Positions 11,735 through 24,639 of a stretch of 64,000 nt of DNA are shown here, one piece after another (position 1 is the first letter of the stretch; every line of letters begins with the position of its first letter). The notes under the pieces were generated by a model. It was not told where the DNA came from. It ran no database searches and saw nothing but the letters and a program-made list of their open reading frames with translations. Source of the DNA: Mobula hypostoma (Eukaryota); the NCBI RefSeq assembly GCF_963921235.1, contig NC_086108.1, forward strand, positions 77,316,001 to 77,380,000. The letters run 5' to 3'. The translations under genes and the position numbers were made by a program.

Positions 11735-12400
11735 ATACACCAACATTGAGGGCAAACTTGCAACTAAAGCAAGCAGTTAAAAAGGCAAATAGTATGTCTG
11801 CTGGTCTTTACTGCAAGAGGTTTTGAGTACAGAATCAAGGATATCTTCCTACAATTCTATGGGTCAATTGATCTTTCATCTAGAGTTTTGGTCTCCTTTC
11901 CTAAGAAAGGAGTTGCTTGCTATAGGGGTGCAATGTGAGCTCACTAGATGGATTCCTGGGATGGCAGGACTGATGTATGCAGAGAGCATGGTTCAGTAAG
12001 GATTCTAAAATTGAGGTGGATCTTAATGAAGCATAAAAATTTCTGGCAGGGTTCAATAGACAATATGTCAGAGAATATGCAACACACATTAAATGGTGAA
12101 GGAACTCAGCAAGTCAGGAAGGATTTAAGGAGGGAAGTGAACATTCTCGTACATAAACTTGTATGTAGGAGAATGTTACCTGCAATTGGGGTGTGTGAAA
12201 CGAGGAGGAATTTCAAAGAAAACAAACATATTTGAGAAAGTACTGGTAAATTTCTAGGCACAAAATATATTAAGGTGTGTTGAGAGACAACAGGGATCTG
12301 GCATGTAGACATGGGATCAGCCATAATTTTATTGACTTGCAGATATTGAAAAGCAAAAAGATATTCAAAAGTAGGGAATAGCCCAGACCCGTTCTAATTT
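11735..12400 (+). mobile_element. Highly decayed CR1 3' fragment
   Basis: VKKAN-like and other CR1 C-terminal remnants with a CR1-like tail. Confidence 0.6.
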
Positions 12401-12475
12401 TCTGTGCAATGGTACTGATTTCATTGTTTGCCAAGCCCTAAACTCAAAGGATGATTTTGAACCCTATCTAATGTA

Positions 12476-12934
12476 TGTCACAACTACAATCTCTGCTGCT
12501 GGGTCTATGCATCCGTGCAGGTGGGCTGCGCAACAGGTTCAGCAACCATGCTCGTGAGTACGTACGTTTCAGTTAATTATTGTTTCATTATGGTGGTATT
12601 TAATTCCCTTCTTTTTGTTCTAGCCTTGTAAGACTTAACCAAAAGCGCATCAATGTTTATGCACCCTGATAACACTTGTTCTTGTCCAGGAAAGAGGACG
12701 ACTATTTGACAGATGTTGTAAAGGAGTGGTACTCGTTTAGTATTTAATTATTGCTTCCAGACACATTGTTGGCAATTAACTTTCAATTTGAGAGGCCCTG
12801 TTGGCCTAGCGTTTATGGTTTTTCTTTTCCTTTAAATTCTGCAATTATTCTCATTAAAGTCAGTGAACTGTTGACCTGCTTCAGTGTCTCCCTTCCTCTC
12901 TCTCTCCGCACCGGCCATATCAAACATTTTGACA
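12476..12934 (+). repeat. 5' LTR of the chromoviral Gypsy
   Basis: TGTCA...TGACA termini; direct repeat of 17294-17772. Confidence 0.9.
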
Positions 12935-15900
12935 GCAAGTCTCGACCATGAAGATGGACTCAGCAGAGAGAGAGAAGAGTTGTCCTTGGCCCTGAGATTC
13001 ATTAGTCAGGTAGGGGAGAAATTATAGGTGATTGAATCTGTGGTGGGAGAAGTGACTGAAGCAATGTGACAGATAACCTCGGTTTGACAGGCTCTGTCTC
13101 AGCTGAAGGAACAGGTGTCATCTCTAGCAGCAACAGTTCAGCAGCTCACCACAGACAAATGGAATCAGGTGGCAGCAATCTCTGCTCTCACAGCCATAGT
13201 CCATGAGCTTACAGCTGACAGCTTACAGCCATTTGTGTTTTTTCAAATGCAATTCAGCAGCCTTTGGCCACCTCAGTCCCACTCCCAGCCTCTTATAAAT
13301 CTGCCTTTTCTACTGCCCCAACTACCTCAGCCATTAAAGCCCTGACTCCTGCATCCAGACCAGAACCAGCTGACATGTCCATGGCAGAGCCAAGTATTCA
13401 TCCACAGCGCAGATACCCTGGTGACCCCAATGACTGCAGGAATTTCATTACCCAGTGTGAGCTGACTTTCCAAGCCCATCCTGGTCAGTTTGGTGATGAT
13501 GCGCATAAACTAGCGTACATGATAAATCTCCTGGATAGACCTCCTCTCAGCCTGTACAATGCTGTATGGCAGCAAGGTTCCCATAGACCGGTTGTTTGGA
13601 CATTTTGTTGCTGAGTTAAGGGGAGTTTCTGATCTTCCAGTACAAGGTCATGAGGCTGCCCACCAGCTCTTGGACCTGTGCCAAGGAAGAGGGATGGTGA
13701 GGAACCGTGCAGTTAAATTCCGCACGCTTACAGTGGAGATGGGATGGAATGAGGGATCTGTCATCATACTTTCCTGGCACAAATTGAACGCAGGTGTCTG
13801 GCACAAAATCGCTATCCATGATGAACAGGACAGTCTGGATGGCCTGATTAGTCTGGCTATTAGAGTTGACAACCGGGTAACTGAGTGGCACAGGGAAGGA
13901 ATGTCTCAAGCTTCCTACTCTTTGTATCACCATCTGTCTTCACCCTCTCCCTCATCACCCAATACCCAGTCCATGGAGGAGCCTATGAAAGTGAGGCACA
14001 TGCACTTATCTCAGGAGGATTGGGGTTGGCACAGGAGGTCATGTTCCTGCCTCTGTTGTAGCGATCCAAGATATTTCTGGACATCGTGTCCCCGGCGTCC
14101 AGTAAAAGAGGAAACCTGTCAGCAGAGAAGGGAATCCTGAGGGGTTGGTTCTCCCTGCAGCTGGCTTCCCCTCATTGTGTGATGCTCCCAGCTTCCATGT
14201 TGTGGAGGGGGTCTCTGATCCATGAACTTCAGCACTTACTGAACGGGGCAGCTGGGAATCAGGTGGACATTTCTTTGGCTCAAATATGGGGAGTTCAGAC
14301 TGAAAAATTGAGAGAAAAGATTGATAACAAGGCTCTGGATGGTCTGGGCACCGACCAGGTCCAACCCCTCCAACTTGTGCTGGAAAGCAACCATAGAGAG
14401 CAACTCTCCTTCTATTTGGTTGATTTGCCTGAGCTGCCACTGGTGCTTGGTCTCGTCTGATTATCCTGATGTAACCTGTGGATTGATTGGTCCCTTAAAG
14501 CACTCCGAGAGTGGGGACCGGCATGTCCGTATATCTGTCTGGGTCCAGTTCAAGAATTGGTTGGCGAATCTCCTCCTGTGTCTACTACTGATGAGGACCT
14601 GGCTGGCATTTTGGCTGAATATACTAATCTTCTTGAGGTCTTCAGTAAAAAGCAGGCTACCTCCGTGTCTCCACATTGGCTAAACAACTGTGCCATTGTT
14701 CTCTTCCTTGGAACTAGTCCTCCCCAGGGGTGTCTCTTTTCTCTCTGTCATCCAGAAATGATGGCCAGAGGATTACATCAAAGAGGCATTGGCCTTGGTG
14801 TTTATCTGTCCATCAAACTTGCCAGCAGGAGCAGGTTTCTTTTTAGTGTACAAGAAGGATGGCAAGCTCCATCCCTGTATTGATTATCGGCCCTTGAACA
14901 ACATCACTGTGAAGAACCACTACCCTATTCTCATGCTTGAATTTGCATTCAAACATCTCCAGGGGGCAATCAAATTTTACAAGATAGATCTGGGCAGTGC
15001 TTATAATGTTGTTTGTATCAGAGAAGCGGATGAGTGGAAGACAGCTTTCAACACCTCCACTGGCCATTATGAATAACCTGTGATGCCCTTTGGTCTTGCC
15101 CAATGCCACCGCTGTCTTTCAGGCCCTAGCCAACAATGTGCTCAGGGATATGTTGAATTTGTTTGTTTTTGTATTTCGATGACTTTCTGATCTATTCCAG
15201 TTCTCACCAGGAACACGTCCAGCATACCCAGAGGTTCCTCAGATGTCTCCTTGAGAATAACCTGTACACCAAGCCGGAGAAGTGTGAGTTCCATAAAGAC
15301 CAAGTGTCATTTTTGGATTTTAGACTTACCCCTTCCAGTGGACGCAAATAAAGTTCAGTTAGTCAAGGAGTGGCCCAAACCATCTACGGTCAAACAGGTG
15401 CAGTACTTCATGAGGTTTTATCGCTGCTTCATCCGAAATTTCAGCCCCCATAAATGCACCAGGAAGACCTCTGCAGGATTCTGTTGGCCAAATAAAGCAG
15501 ACCAAGAATTCTTGGAACTAAAGCAACGCTTCACCACTGTCCCAGTGCTGTAACACCCAGACCCATCCTGGCCACTCATTGTTGAGATGGTTGCATCAGA
15601 TGTTATCATGGGAGCTGTACTCTCTCAGCACTCTTCTGTGGATAGCCAGCTGCATCCTTGTATCTTTCTTTCCTGGAGGAATGGCAAATCCTGCTGGAGG
15701 GTGGTAGAATATTCGTTTTTCATTTGCACAGATCATGAGATCCTCTCCTGCATTTGAGACACTAAGAGACTCAACTCCAATCAAGCCTGTAGGGCTCTCT
15801 TCTTCACCTGGTTTAATTTCATCCTCACCTATTTCCCTGGCACTAAGAATACCAAGGCCAATGCTCCTGGCTGTTCAACTGGTTTGAGGACAATGTCAAT

Positions 15901-17293
15901 CCAGAGCCCATCCTTTCTTGTTTGTGCATTGCTGCTCCAGCAATTTGGGGAATAGACGCAGAGATGAGGGCTGCCCAACCGTCGTTTCCAGGCCCAGGTG
16001 GGGGACCTCCCAACTGACTGTTTGTCCCTTCTACGGTGCACAGCAAAGTGTTGGAATGGGGTTACTCCTCCTGTCTGGTTGGCCTTCCGGGAATTTAGCG
16101 GACCTGGGAGTTTATCAAGAGATGATCTTTATGGCCATCTATGCCCCAGGGTGTCCATGACTTCATCGCTGCCTCAGTTGTCATGAGCAAGGTTTCATGC
16201 CAGTGCCCTGCAATTCTGTATGTCAATTTCCAGGGCCTCACCACCCCTGGTCTCACCTCTCAATGGATTTCATCACCGGTCTACCCCGGTCTAATGGAAG
16301 CACTACAATTCTGATTGTTGTGGATCAATTCTCCAAGTCTTCCTACTTCATGGCTCTCCCTAATCTCCTGTCAGCTCGTGAGACTGCCACTCTTGTATTT
16401 CAACCTATGTCTCTCAGGTCTGTCGTCGGATTGAAGACCACAGTTCACATCCCATTTTTGGAAGGCTTTCTGTTCTCTTGTGGGAGCCATGGCCAGTCTC
16501 TTGTCTGGTTTCCACCCTCACTCAAATGGCCTGACTAAGAGAGTGAATTAAGAGCTGGAAAGGACCTTGCACTGCCTTGCCTTTTCCAACCCCACATCCT
16601 GGAGTTCCCAGTTGGTTTGGGCAAAGATTACCCACAATAATCTCCAATCATCCTCTACTAGCATGTCCCCCTTTGAATGCCAGAAGGGATTCTGTCCACT
16701 GCTCTTCCCTGAGCAGGAGATTGATGTTGGAGTTCCCGCTGTTGACCAGCTGATCCAATGCTACAAGTGCAATGGAGATGAACCAGGGCTTCTCTGCTGC
16801 ACACTCAGAAATAACATGCCCAGCAGGTTGACCGGATCCGTCAACAGGTGAGGCCTCTCAAACCAGGAGAGAAAGTCTCGCTAGCATTGAGGAATCCTCC
16901 CCTGAATGTCAAGAGCTGAAAGTTGGCCCAATGCCATGTGGGACCATTCGTAGTGGAAAAGGTGATCAACATGGGCTTGTATAGATTGCACCTACCATCA
17001 CCAATAAAGGTTCACCCAGTATTCTATGTTTTCCAGTTCAAGCTGGCTACTACCTCCCTCCTGTATCCAGCCACACCACCTCCCCGTCCTACCCACTTGG
17101 TGTTTGCTTCCCCACTCTAAATTGTGTGGCACCTCCTGGCATCTTGCCAGGTATGGGGCAAGGTCCAGTACCTCGTGGATTGGGAGGGATATGGTCCTGA
17201 GGCCAATGACCTCCTGGACAAATCTCTCATTTGGTACTTCCAGTGGGCACAGCCCTGTGGCACCTCAGGAGCTGTGCCTATGAAATGGGAACA

Positions 17294-17772
17294 TGTCACA
17301 ACCATGGACTCTGCTGTGGGGTCTATGCACCGTGAAGTCAGGCTGCACAACAAGTTCGCAAGCTCACTCCTAAGTATGCATGTTCCAGCTAATTACTGCT
17401 TCATTATGGTGGTATTTGACTCCCTTCTTTTTGTTCTGTTCTTGTCGAGAGTTGACCAAAAGTACAGCAACATTTATGCTCCTTGCTTACTCTTGTCCTT
17501 GTCCAGGAAAGAGAGCTACCATTCCAACAGAAGCTGTAAAAGAGCGAAATACATTTAGTATTTAGTTATTGCTTCCAGCCGCAGTGTTGGCATTTAACTT
17601 CTGTTTTAAGAGTTTTAGTTAATGGCCCTGTTGAACTAGTGTTTACTGGTTTTCTTTTCCTTTAAATTCTGAAACAGTTCTCATTGAAGTCAGTGAACTA
17701 TTGACCTGCTCAGTGTCTCTCTCTCCCTCTCTCTCTCTCTCTGCACTTGGGCCACTTCCAAACATTTTGACA
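17294..17772 (+). repeat. 3' LTR of the chromoviral Gypsy
   Basis: TGTCA...TGACA termini, preceded by a weak purine tract. Confidence 0.9.
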
Positions 17773-18009
17773 GATATAGATATCTACGCACCCTCACTTT
17801 AGCGAAGTTATGCTGTATCCATCTACTACTCAAGGACTAGTTTACATCTCTATCTAGCCTCTGCAGCAAGGTTAAGCTGACTATACCCATTGCCTGAGTG
17901 CTGGGCTTTCCCCTCCTTACCAAGGAGGCGAAACTTCCAGCTTAACAAAGTAATTTAACACAGCTATTTTTACGTTTAAATTCAGACAAATAATTTGTAA
18001 CATATATTT

Positions 18010-19370
18010 AACCTCCTATAGACCCAGTACACAGACTACTCAGTGAAGAAAGCTCACCAATTCCTCTACTTGCTGAGGAGGCTGAAGAGAGCTGGACTTT
18101 CCGTCATTCTGCAGGTGCGCAGTTGTGAACATCCTGACAAGCTACGTTGCTGCTGAGAACCGAAACTGCACTGCAGTGGACAGGGAGGCTGTATAATGGG
18201 TAGTCCAGACTGACCAACGCACCACTGACACCAGCCTACTCACTACGAAGTACATATATGCATTGAGGTTTCAGAAAAGGGCCAGTAACATCATGAGTGA
18301 TCTCACTAAACTTCTTCATGGACCTTGTTTTTCTTCCATCAGGGAGGAGGCTATGTAGCATCCACACCAGGACCACCAGGCTCAAAAACAGTTACTTTCC
18401 TCAAGTAGTAAGGCTGATCAACACCTCCACCTACTAACCTTACCACTACATTATTATTTCTATCAGTGAGACAAAGGAGATGGCTGTGGACTGTAGGAAG
18501 ACTAAGCCTGCTCCCTGTTACTATTGATGGTGAGGACCTACAAGCACCTGGGCTGCACCCGGATGACTGACTCGAGTGGAGCACCAACACAGAGGCTGTG
18601 TACTAGAAGGGCCAGAATCACCTCTACTTCCTGAGGAGGCTGACGTCCTTTGGAGTATGCAGGCCTCTCCTTTACATGTCCTATCAGTTTGTTGTTGCCA
18701 GTACGATCTTCTATGTGGTGGTGTGCTGGGGCAATGGCGTCAACAGAGGTGATACCAACAGGCTCAGTAAACTGATTAGAAAGGATGGCTCTGTTATATG
18801 AGTCAAACTGGACACACTGGAGGCTGTGGTAGAACAAAGGACCCTACGGAAAGTCCTGATAATTCTGGGCAATGTTTCTCACCCTCTGCAAAACACCTTG
18901 GCTGAACAGAGGAGCACATTTAGTATTAGACTAAGACAACTGAACTGCTCCAAAGAGCACTATTTAAGGTCATTCTTACCTCGGCCATTAAACTCTATAA
19001 TGAGTCAAGAGTGATGGCTCCTTCCTGTTAGACTGTTTGAGGTAACCTATTTTTTATTATTTCTCATTTTTCTTCTAATATCTATATATCATGGCACTTG
19101 TAATCCTGCTGTGATACTGTAATTTGCTTTGGGATCAATAAAGTATCTATCTAACCATATGGACAGCCTAACAACACTTTATGGACACATGATCAATCTA
19201 ATACATAAGCTATCTTATGTATTTATTTTTATTGAGTTTTTAAATGATTATTGTGTTTTTTATCTTTTCTGATTTTTTGCTGCCACGTTGGATCTGAGTA
19301 ACAATTATTTTGTTCTCCTTTACAGTTGTTTACTGGAAATGATATTAAACAATCTTGAATATTGAACACT
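18010..19370 (+). mobile_element. Two nested Rex1/Babar 3' fragments (inner copy about 18462-19152)
   Basis: Two sets of LYFLRRL...WxG...HP motifs. The inner copy ends AATAAAGTATCTATCTA. Confidence 0.8.
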
Positions 19371-20499
19371 CACAGAGGATTTCTAATTTATAAAATATTT
19401 CTGAAATACAGAAGATTTACAAACTATAAATGATTTCCAACCACAGGTACACTTTGTGCGAACTAGAAGAACATACCAAAGAGTTGCTGATGAATGACTT
19501 GACTGTCACAGAAACCAAAGTTTGAGGAATGAATTCCAGTTCTTCTTTCTGTCACCTCATCTTTCTGTTGTTCTTCTAGTCATTCCTAACAATTCTCTTC
19601 CCACTGTCTTTTCAATATTTATACTATTTTCTACTAAATGATATCATCTGCATGTGATGTTTTCCAGATACATTTGCTGGGACAGAGTAATTCACACGGA
19701 TGATCTTAAAAGCTTCTTGTGACAGAGATCTCTAACATCCAGTATTAGAGCAAAGGGGGCTGATTCCCTGGGTACACAAACATGCCAACTTGTAATCATG
19801 TTTGATGTGCTAAGTGACAGAACCTCATCATCTTGCATTTGACTAATGGAGGCAAGTCTCCTGGTCATTTTACTTTGAAAAATTGTGCCCCAACTTCAAA
19901 CTGAGTGCTGCTTGCAATTTACATTAAGAACTTCAGACTGATTCGTGCTCACAACAAAAAGCTGAGCAAAGAATATTTGTTAAAAGTTTAACTTTATCAA
20001 CAACAACGCTGAGCTTTTAAAAAGGTCATGCAACTGATAGAAAGCTGAATTTATCAATAAGTCTCTTGGGATAGTGAATATCCATCACATTATGTTTCTA
20101 TGTATGAACTTATTCAAAAAACGCATCATGCCAGAATAATTTGTTTAGATGAATATAAAGGAATAAGGAACAGCTTTCTGCCAGTCTCTTTTCAGGAAAG
20201 CATATGTTTAAAATAATCAGGGTAAAGTGTTTACCTTGGTAGAAAATCCAGATTAGGAGTGGTGTAGACCAACAGCCAATGAGATTTGTCATCAACCCAA
20301 CAGGACTGCAATTGAATTCATCCTGATCTACAAGATAATTGAAAACTAAGATTCAAAACTCAAGTTTCAAGTTAATTTAATACATGTACTTCAAAATACA
20401 GTGAAATGCATCATTTGCATTAACAATCTATACACCTGAGGATGTACTGGGGGTTGACTGCCAGTGTTGCTACACATCCAACATCCATTAAAAAGTGTC

Positions 20500-21815
20500 A
20501 GAAAACCCTTGTTGAAACTAATTCAAAACATGGAGAGTTCTCAGCTGAGACTAATGAGGTGCCTCTGAGTACCCCCGAAACTTCATCCTTAATAATGGAC
20601 TCTAACATCTTGCCAACTGCTGAAGTCAGGCTGACTGACTGATAACTTCCTGTCTTTGCTTCCCTCCCTTCCTAAAGGGTGGAGTGACATTTATGATTTT
20701 CCAGTCTTCTGGAACCATTCCAGGATGTACTGATTCTTGAAAGATCATGTCTGATGCCTCAGTAATCTCTTCAGCGACTTCTTTCAGAACCCTGAGGTGT
20801 AGTCCATCTGTCTCAGGTGACTTATTCACCTTCAGGCCTTTCAGCTTCCTAAGCACCTCTTCCGTAGTAATGGTGACTGTACTCACTACTCTATTGCCTT
20901 TTAATTTCTAGCATGCTGCTGGTGTCTTCCGTAGTGAGGAATGACACAAAATACTTATTCAATATGTCCGTCATTTCTTTGTCTCCCATTACTATCTCTG
21001 CAATGTCATTTCCCAGTGGTCCAATATCCACTCTTGCCTCTCTTTTACTCTTTATATATCTGAAGATCAAATATTTGGAATCCTCTTTTATAATACTGGC
21101 TAGCTTGCCTACATATTTAATAATTTCTATATTGCTTTTTTTTAGTTGCCTTCTGTAGGTTTTTCAAACCTTCTCAATCCTCTAGCTTCCCACTAATTCT
21201 TGTTACACTGTATGACTTCCCTTTTGCTCTTATGTTGTTTTTGACCTCTCTTGTCAGCTACAGTTGTCTCTTTCTCTTTGTGTTGAACCGCTCCTGCATC
21301 TTCTGAACTACTCCCAGATGCTCCTGCCCTTGAACCCCACCATCCAGGTCATGCTTTCTTCTCACTGCTGCCATCAGGAAGATGTTACAGGAGCTTCAGG
21401 ACTGACATCACCAGGTTTAGGAACAGTTATTACTCCTCAACCGACAGGGAATAACTTTACTCGCCCCATCATTAAAATGCTCCAACAACCTATGGACTCA
21501 CTTTCAAGGACTCTTCATCTCATGTTCATTTATTGCTTATTTATTTATTATTATTATTCCTTTACTTTTGTATTTGCACAGTTTGTTGTCTTCTGTACAT
21601 TGGTTGAACACCCAAGTTGCTGCAGTCATTCCTTGATTTTATTATGGTTATTGTTCTGTTTTGGATTTATTGAGTGTGCTCGCAAGAAGGTGACATCTGG
21701 TGACATATGTGTACTTTGATAATAAATTTACTTTGAACTTTACACTTTATTGCTGCTCAACCATCATCCTTGCTAGTCAATCCCTTCCAATCAACTTTGG
21801 CTAGCTTCTCTCTCA
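20500..21815 (-). mobile_element. CR1 ORF2 fragment with a + strand Rex1 3' end inserted at about 21300-21742
   Basis: ORF 20626-20886 has LKVNKSPETDGLHLRVLKE...VPEDWK. The insert ends gataataaatttactttgaacttt. Confidence 0.85.
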
Positions 21816-22794
21816 TGAAGAGTTCCAGATGTTCCTCTTATTCTACATTCCTCTTGTAAGGGCAGCTGAATCAGACTCTTAGGGTTAGGAACTGGGTAGC
21901 ACCAGCCCGGATGGATTCTGTGGCCAGAAATCACACACACCCAGGCTCTGATGCACAATCTCCACCCACGAAGGGATCAGACTTCCGCATTATAATGGCT
22001 TATGGTTTGAACCCACTGATCTGTCCTGATGTGCTGCTTTTTCAACTGGAAGTAAAAACAATTAATCAGGTTGACTTTTGGACAGGAAAGCCAACAATGA
22101 AAGATGCTTAGTACAATGTTAAACTTCATAGTATGCATGAAAACTAGATTAGCTTTCTTTCTGAAAATGTTAGTAGTTGTATCAGAAGGAATGACAAATT
22201 TCAAACCAGATTAAGTTGGATTGATGAAGGAAAAAGTAGGAACTTGGGAGAAGGTTGAATAAATATGATTAGGACTAGTTGCTCGTATTGCATGAATACT
22301 CTGACGGGCTGTTTCCACATTCTGAGTACTTTCACTGAGCGGAATAAATGCCTGATTATATTAATTCATCTGAAATGCAAAGGCTTTAAAGTGCAAACGA
22401 AAGGTACATATCAGCAAAAGGAATTTGCCAGTCAAGATGTGATCCTTGTTTGAAGGGATTTCTGCTGGTCACTATTGTTTACTGTCAAGTGGGCTGAGTA
22501 TAAAGTATATAATCACCTTAAGATATAAAATACTCAGTCCAATGTTCACATGCTAATATCCAATAGCTGCCAAGTGGGCCACGTCATTCCAGCTTTCAGC
22601 AAATGTGGGCATCAGAGGATACAGGATGTTTACTTGTCTCTCAGCAGGTGATTGTATGCAGAGTTCCTGAGAATGAATTGGCATGTGAAATAGACTTTGA
22701 ATCCAATGATTCTCAGCCCCAAGAGATGGAATAAGGGAAAACAGTGTCAAATAGTGACTGATACCTTTTGGCTTGTTCTTGAATTGTAAAAAAA

Positions 22795-23240
22795 AATGCT
22801 GTAAGAAATCTGAAATAAAAACAAAAAAATGCCTGAAATATCCAGCAATTCAGTAACATCTGCAGTGAGAGAAGCAGGGTTAGTGTTTCAGATCAGTGGC
22901 TTGTAATCAAACCAAATAGGTTTGGATGAAAGATCATCAACATGAGACACAAACTCTCTTCCACTTTTCACAGATGATGCATGACCTGCTGAGTGTTTCT
23001 ACAGTAGAATTGGTTTGATTTTGGTTTGCCTAACATATTGTCCAGTAGCCTGGTCTGGAAGTTGGAGAAACTCAGCAAGACAGGCAGTATCTATAGAGGG
23101 AAATAAACAGTTGATGTTTCGGGCTGAGACTCTTCATCTTGTTTATTCCCCTCCATAGATGTCGCCTGATGTGTCGATTTCCTCCAGCATTTTCTGTGCG
23201 TTGCTCAAGATTTCCAGTATCTGAAGAATCACTTGTGCTG
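22795..23240. mobile_element. Two short palindromic Penelope pseudo-LTR derivatives
   Basis: Each has a forward arm and its reverse complement (about 22795-23030 and 23060-23240). Similar to the termini of 7405-8280. Confidence 0.7.
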
Positions 23241-23363
23241 TACCTGAACAGGAAGAAGTGGCAGAGGATGGGGAGCAGAATAATCTCTTAATTTTAATAT
23301 CAATTGCTCTGCAGAACAATCAAACCAGTAAACCAGTTTCAATGAAACCATTTTTATTACAAA

Positions 23364-23380
23364 GTCAGTAGAGGGCGCTG
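23364..23380 (+). promoter_or_regulatory. Candidate CTCF binding site
   Basis: GTCAGTAGAGGGCGCTG matches the CTCF core CCASYAGRKGGCRS with one mismatch and lies in unique sequence. Confidence 0.5.
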
Positions 23381-24639
23381 ACTGGCTACATAACTCAAAT
23401 ATTAACCAGAAAGACTGGGATTACTGAAAAGACTGCCATTTTGTGAGATTTCTCTTTACCCTTTGAACAATTTAGGAGGCATCAAGTGCCTGGTTTACTC
23501 AAACTGAGAAACAAAGGGCAATACATTACCTTGGTAATCTCTGAATGCAGTTTGCCCATAATTGGTTTACAATCAACCTGATGGAACAATAAATTCATAA
23601 AGGTACACAGGAATTTTATTCAGATAAAATCATTTCCTCAGCACTAATTTTATAAGCTAAAAACATGAAGATAATTTATCTGGAATAACTCTTTTATAAG
23701 GTAGCAAGTAAAATTAACTTTAGAAAATCATATGTATGTGCACCATAAAATCCTATGACCATCCTGCAGCCACCCCTTCCTCAAACTATCCCCATAAACC
23801 TTCCAGCCCCAAGCTATCCCATAATCAGTCTCCTAAAATCAGACTATCATCCTAACCTCATCTATTTCCATAAGTATTTGATTCCCTTAAATAACACTCA
23901 TTTATGGTTCTTCATCCCATTAAACACTTCCTGTGTTTTGGATATTTGATAGGACATGGTCTGTAATCAGGACCTTAAGAAAAGGCTGTATTGCCATCAA
24001 GTCTGCATTGCTCACTCTTTAACGTTAACATCAGCTCCTTCTGCATGCTGCTATTTATTATACACACGCATGCAAACACCCTTTGCCTGCCTGGGCCCAA
24101 TCAGACCAGAATTGAAAATCCTGCAAGTAATTCCATAGACAATTTTCACTTCCAATAAGAAGAACTCTCATTCCAGCTGTGTGAGCAGGATTTGTGCTCA
24201 GTGTCCTGGAGTTTAACCAATCCATGATCCAGTCTCTGGTTTGGATATATTGTGCAATATACAGTACTGTTATCTGGATAATATGTTTGGTAACTTATTT
24301 TTATATGTACACAGTTTACATATTTTCATTTTTTCACTACCCAGTTACACAGAGCAGGTAGTCACAAAATTTGATTCAAGTGCTTTAAAATATTTTCAAT
24401 CCATATTAGATGCTCTTAGAATAAAGAAACCTGCAGTAAATACTTAAAGCAGGAAACCCAATGTTTCTCAGTCCCAATTATAAGTCAATCTAATATTTTA
24501 TTAGATTGACTACATATTTGTTGTTGGCCACTAAATCAATTACCAGAATGAAATAAAATGATTTACTTCATTAAGCAGGAAATTCATGTTAGTTCAGTAC
24601 CCAGAGTATTTCCTTGTCAACTTTACCTAAGTGTGAAAG

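Larger units (their letters stand above)
12476..17772 (+). mobile_element. Near full-length decayed chromoviral (sushi-like) Ty3/Gypsy element: gag, PR, RT, RNase H, integrase, chromodomain
   Basis: Two LTRs. gag RYPGDPNDCRNFITQCEL with a CCHC remnant. [31 protein letters not shown] and YFDDFLIYS. Integrase PWSHLSMDFITGLP...VVDQFSK. Chromodomain QYLVDWEGYGPE. Many stops and frameshifts. Confidence 0.95.

Noticed and set aside
13264..15351. Domesticated PEG10/RTL1-like gene
   Set aside because: Many stops and frameshifts and both LTRs present, so it is a decayed retrotransposon.
22639..22728. Possible terminal exon QVIVCRVPENELACEIDFESNDSQPQEME
   Set aside because: Short, with no partner exon and no recognisable homology; consistent with chance.
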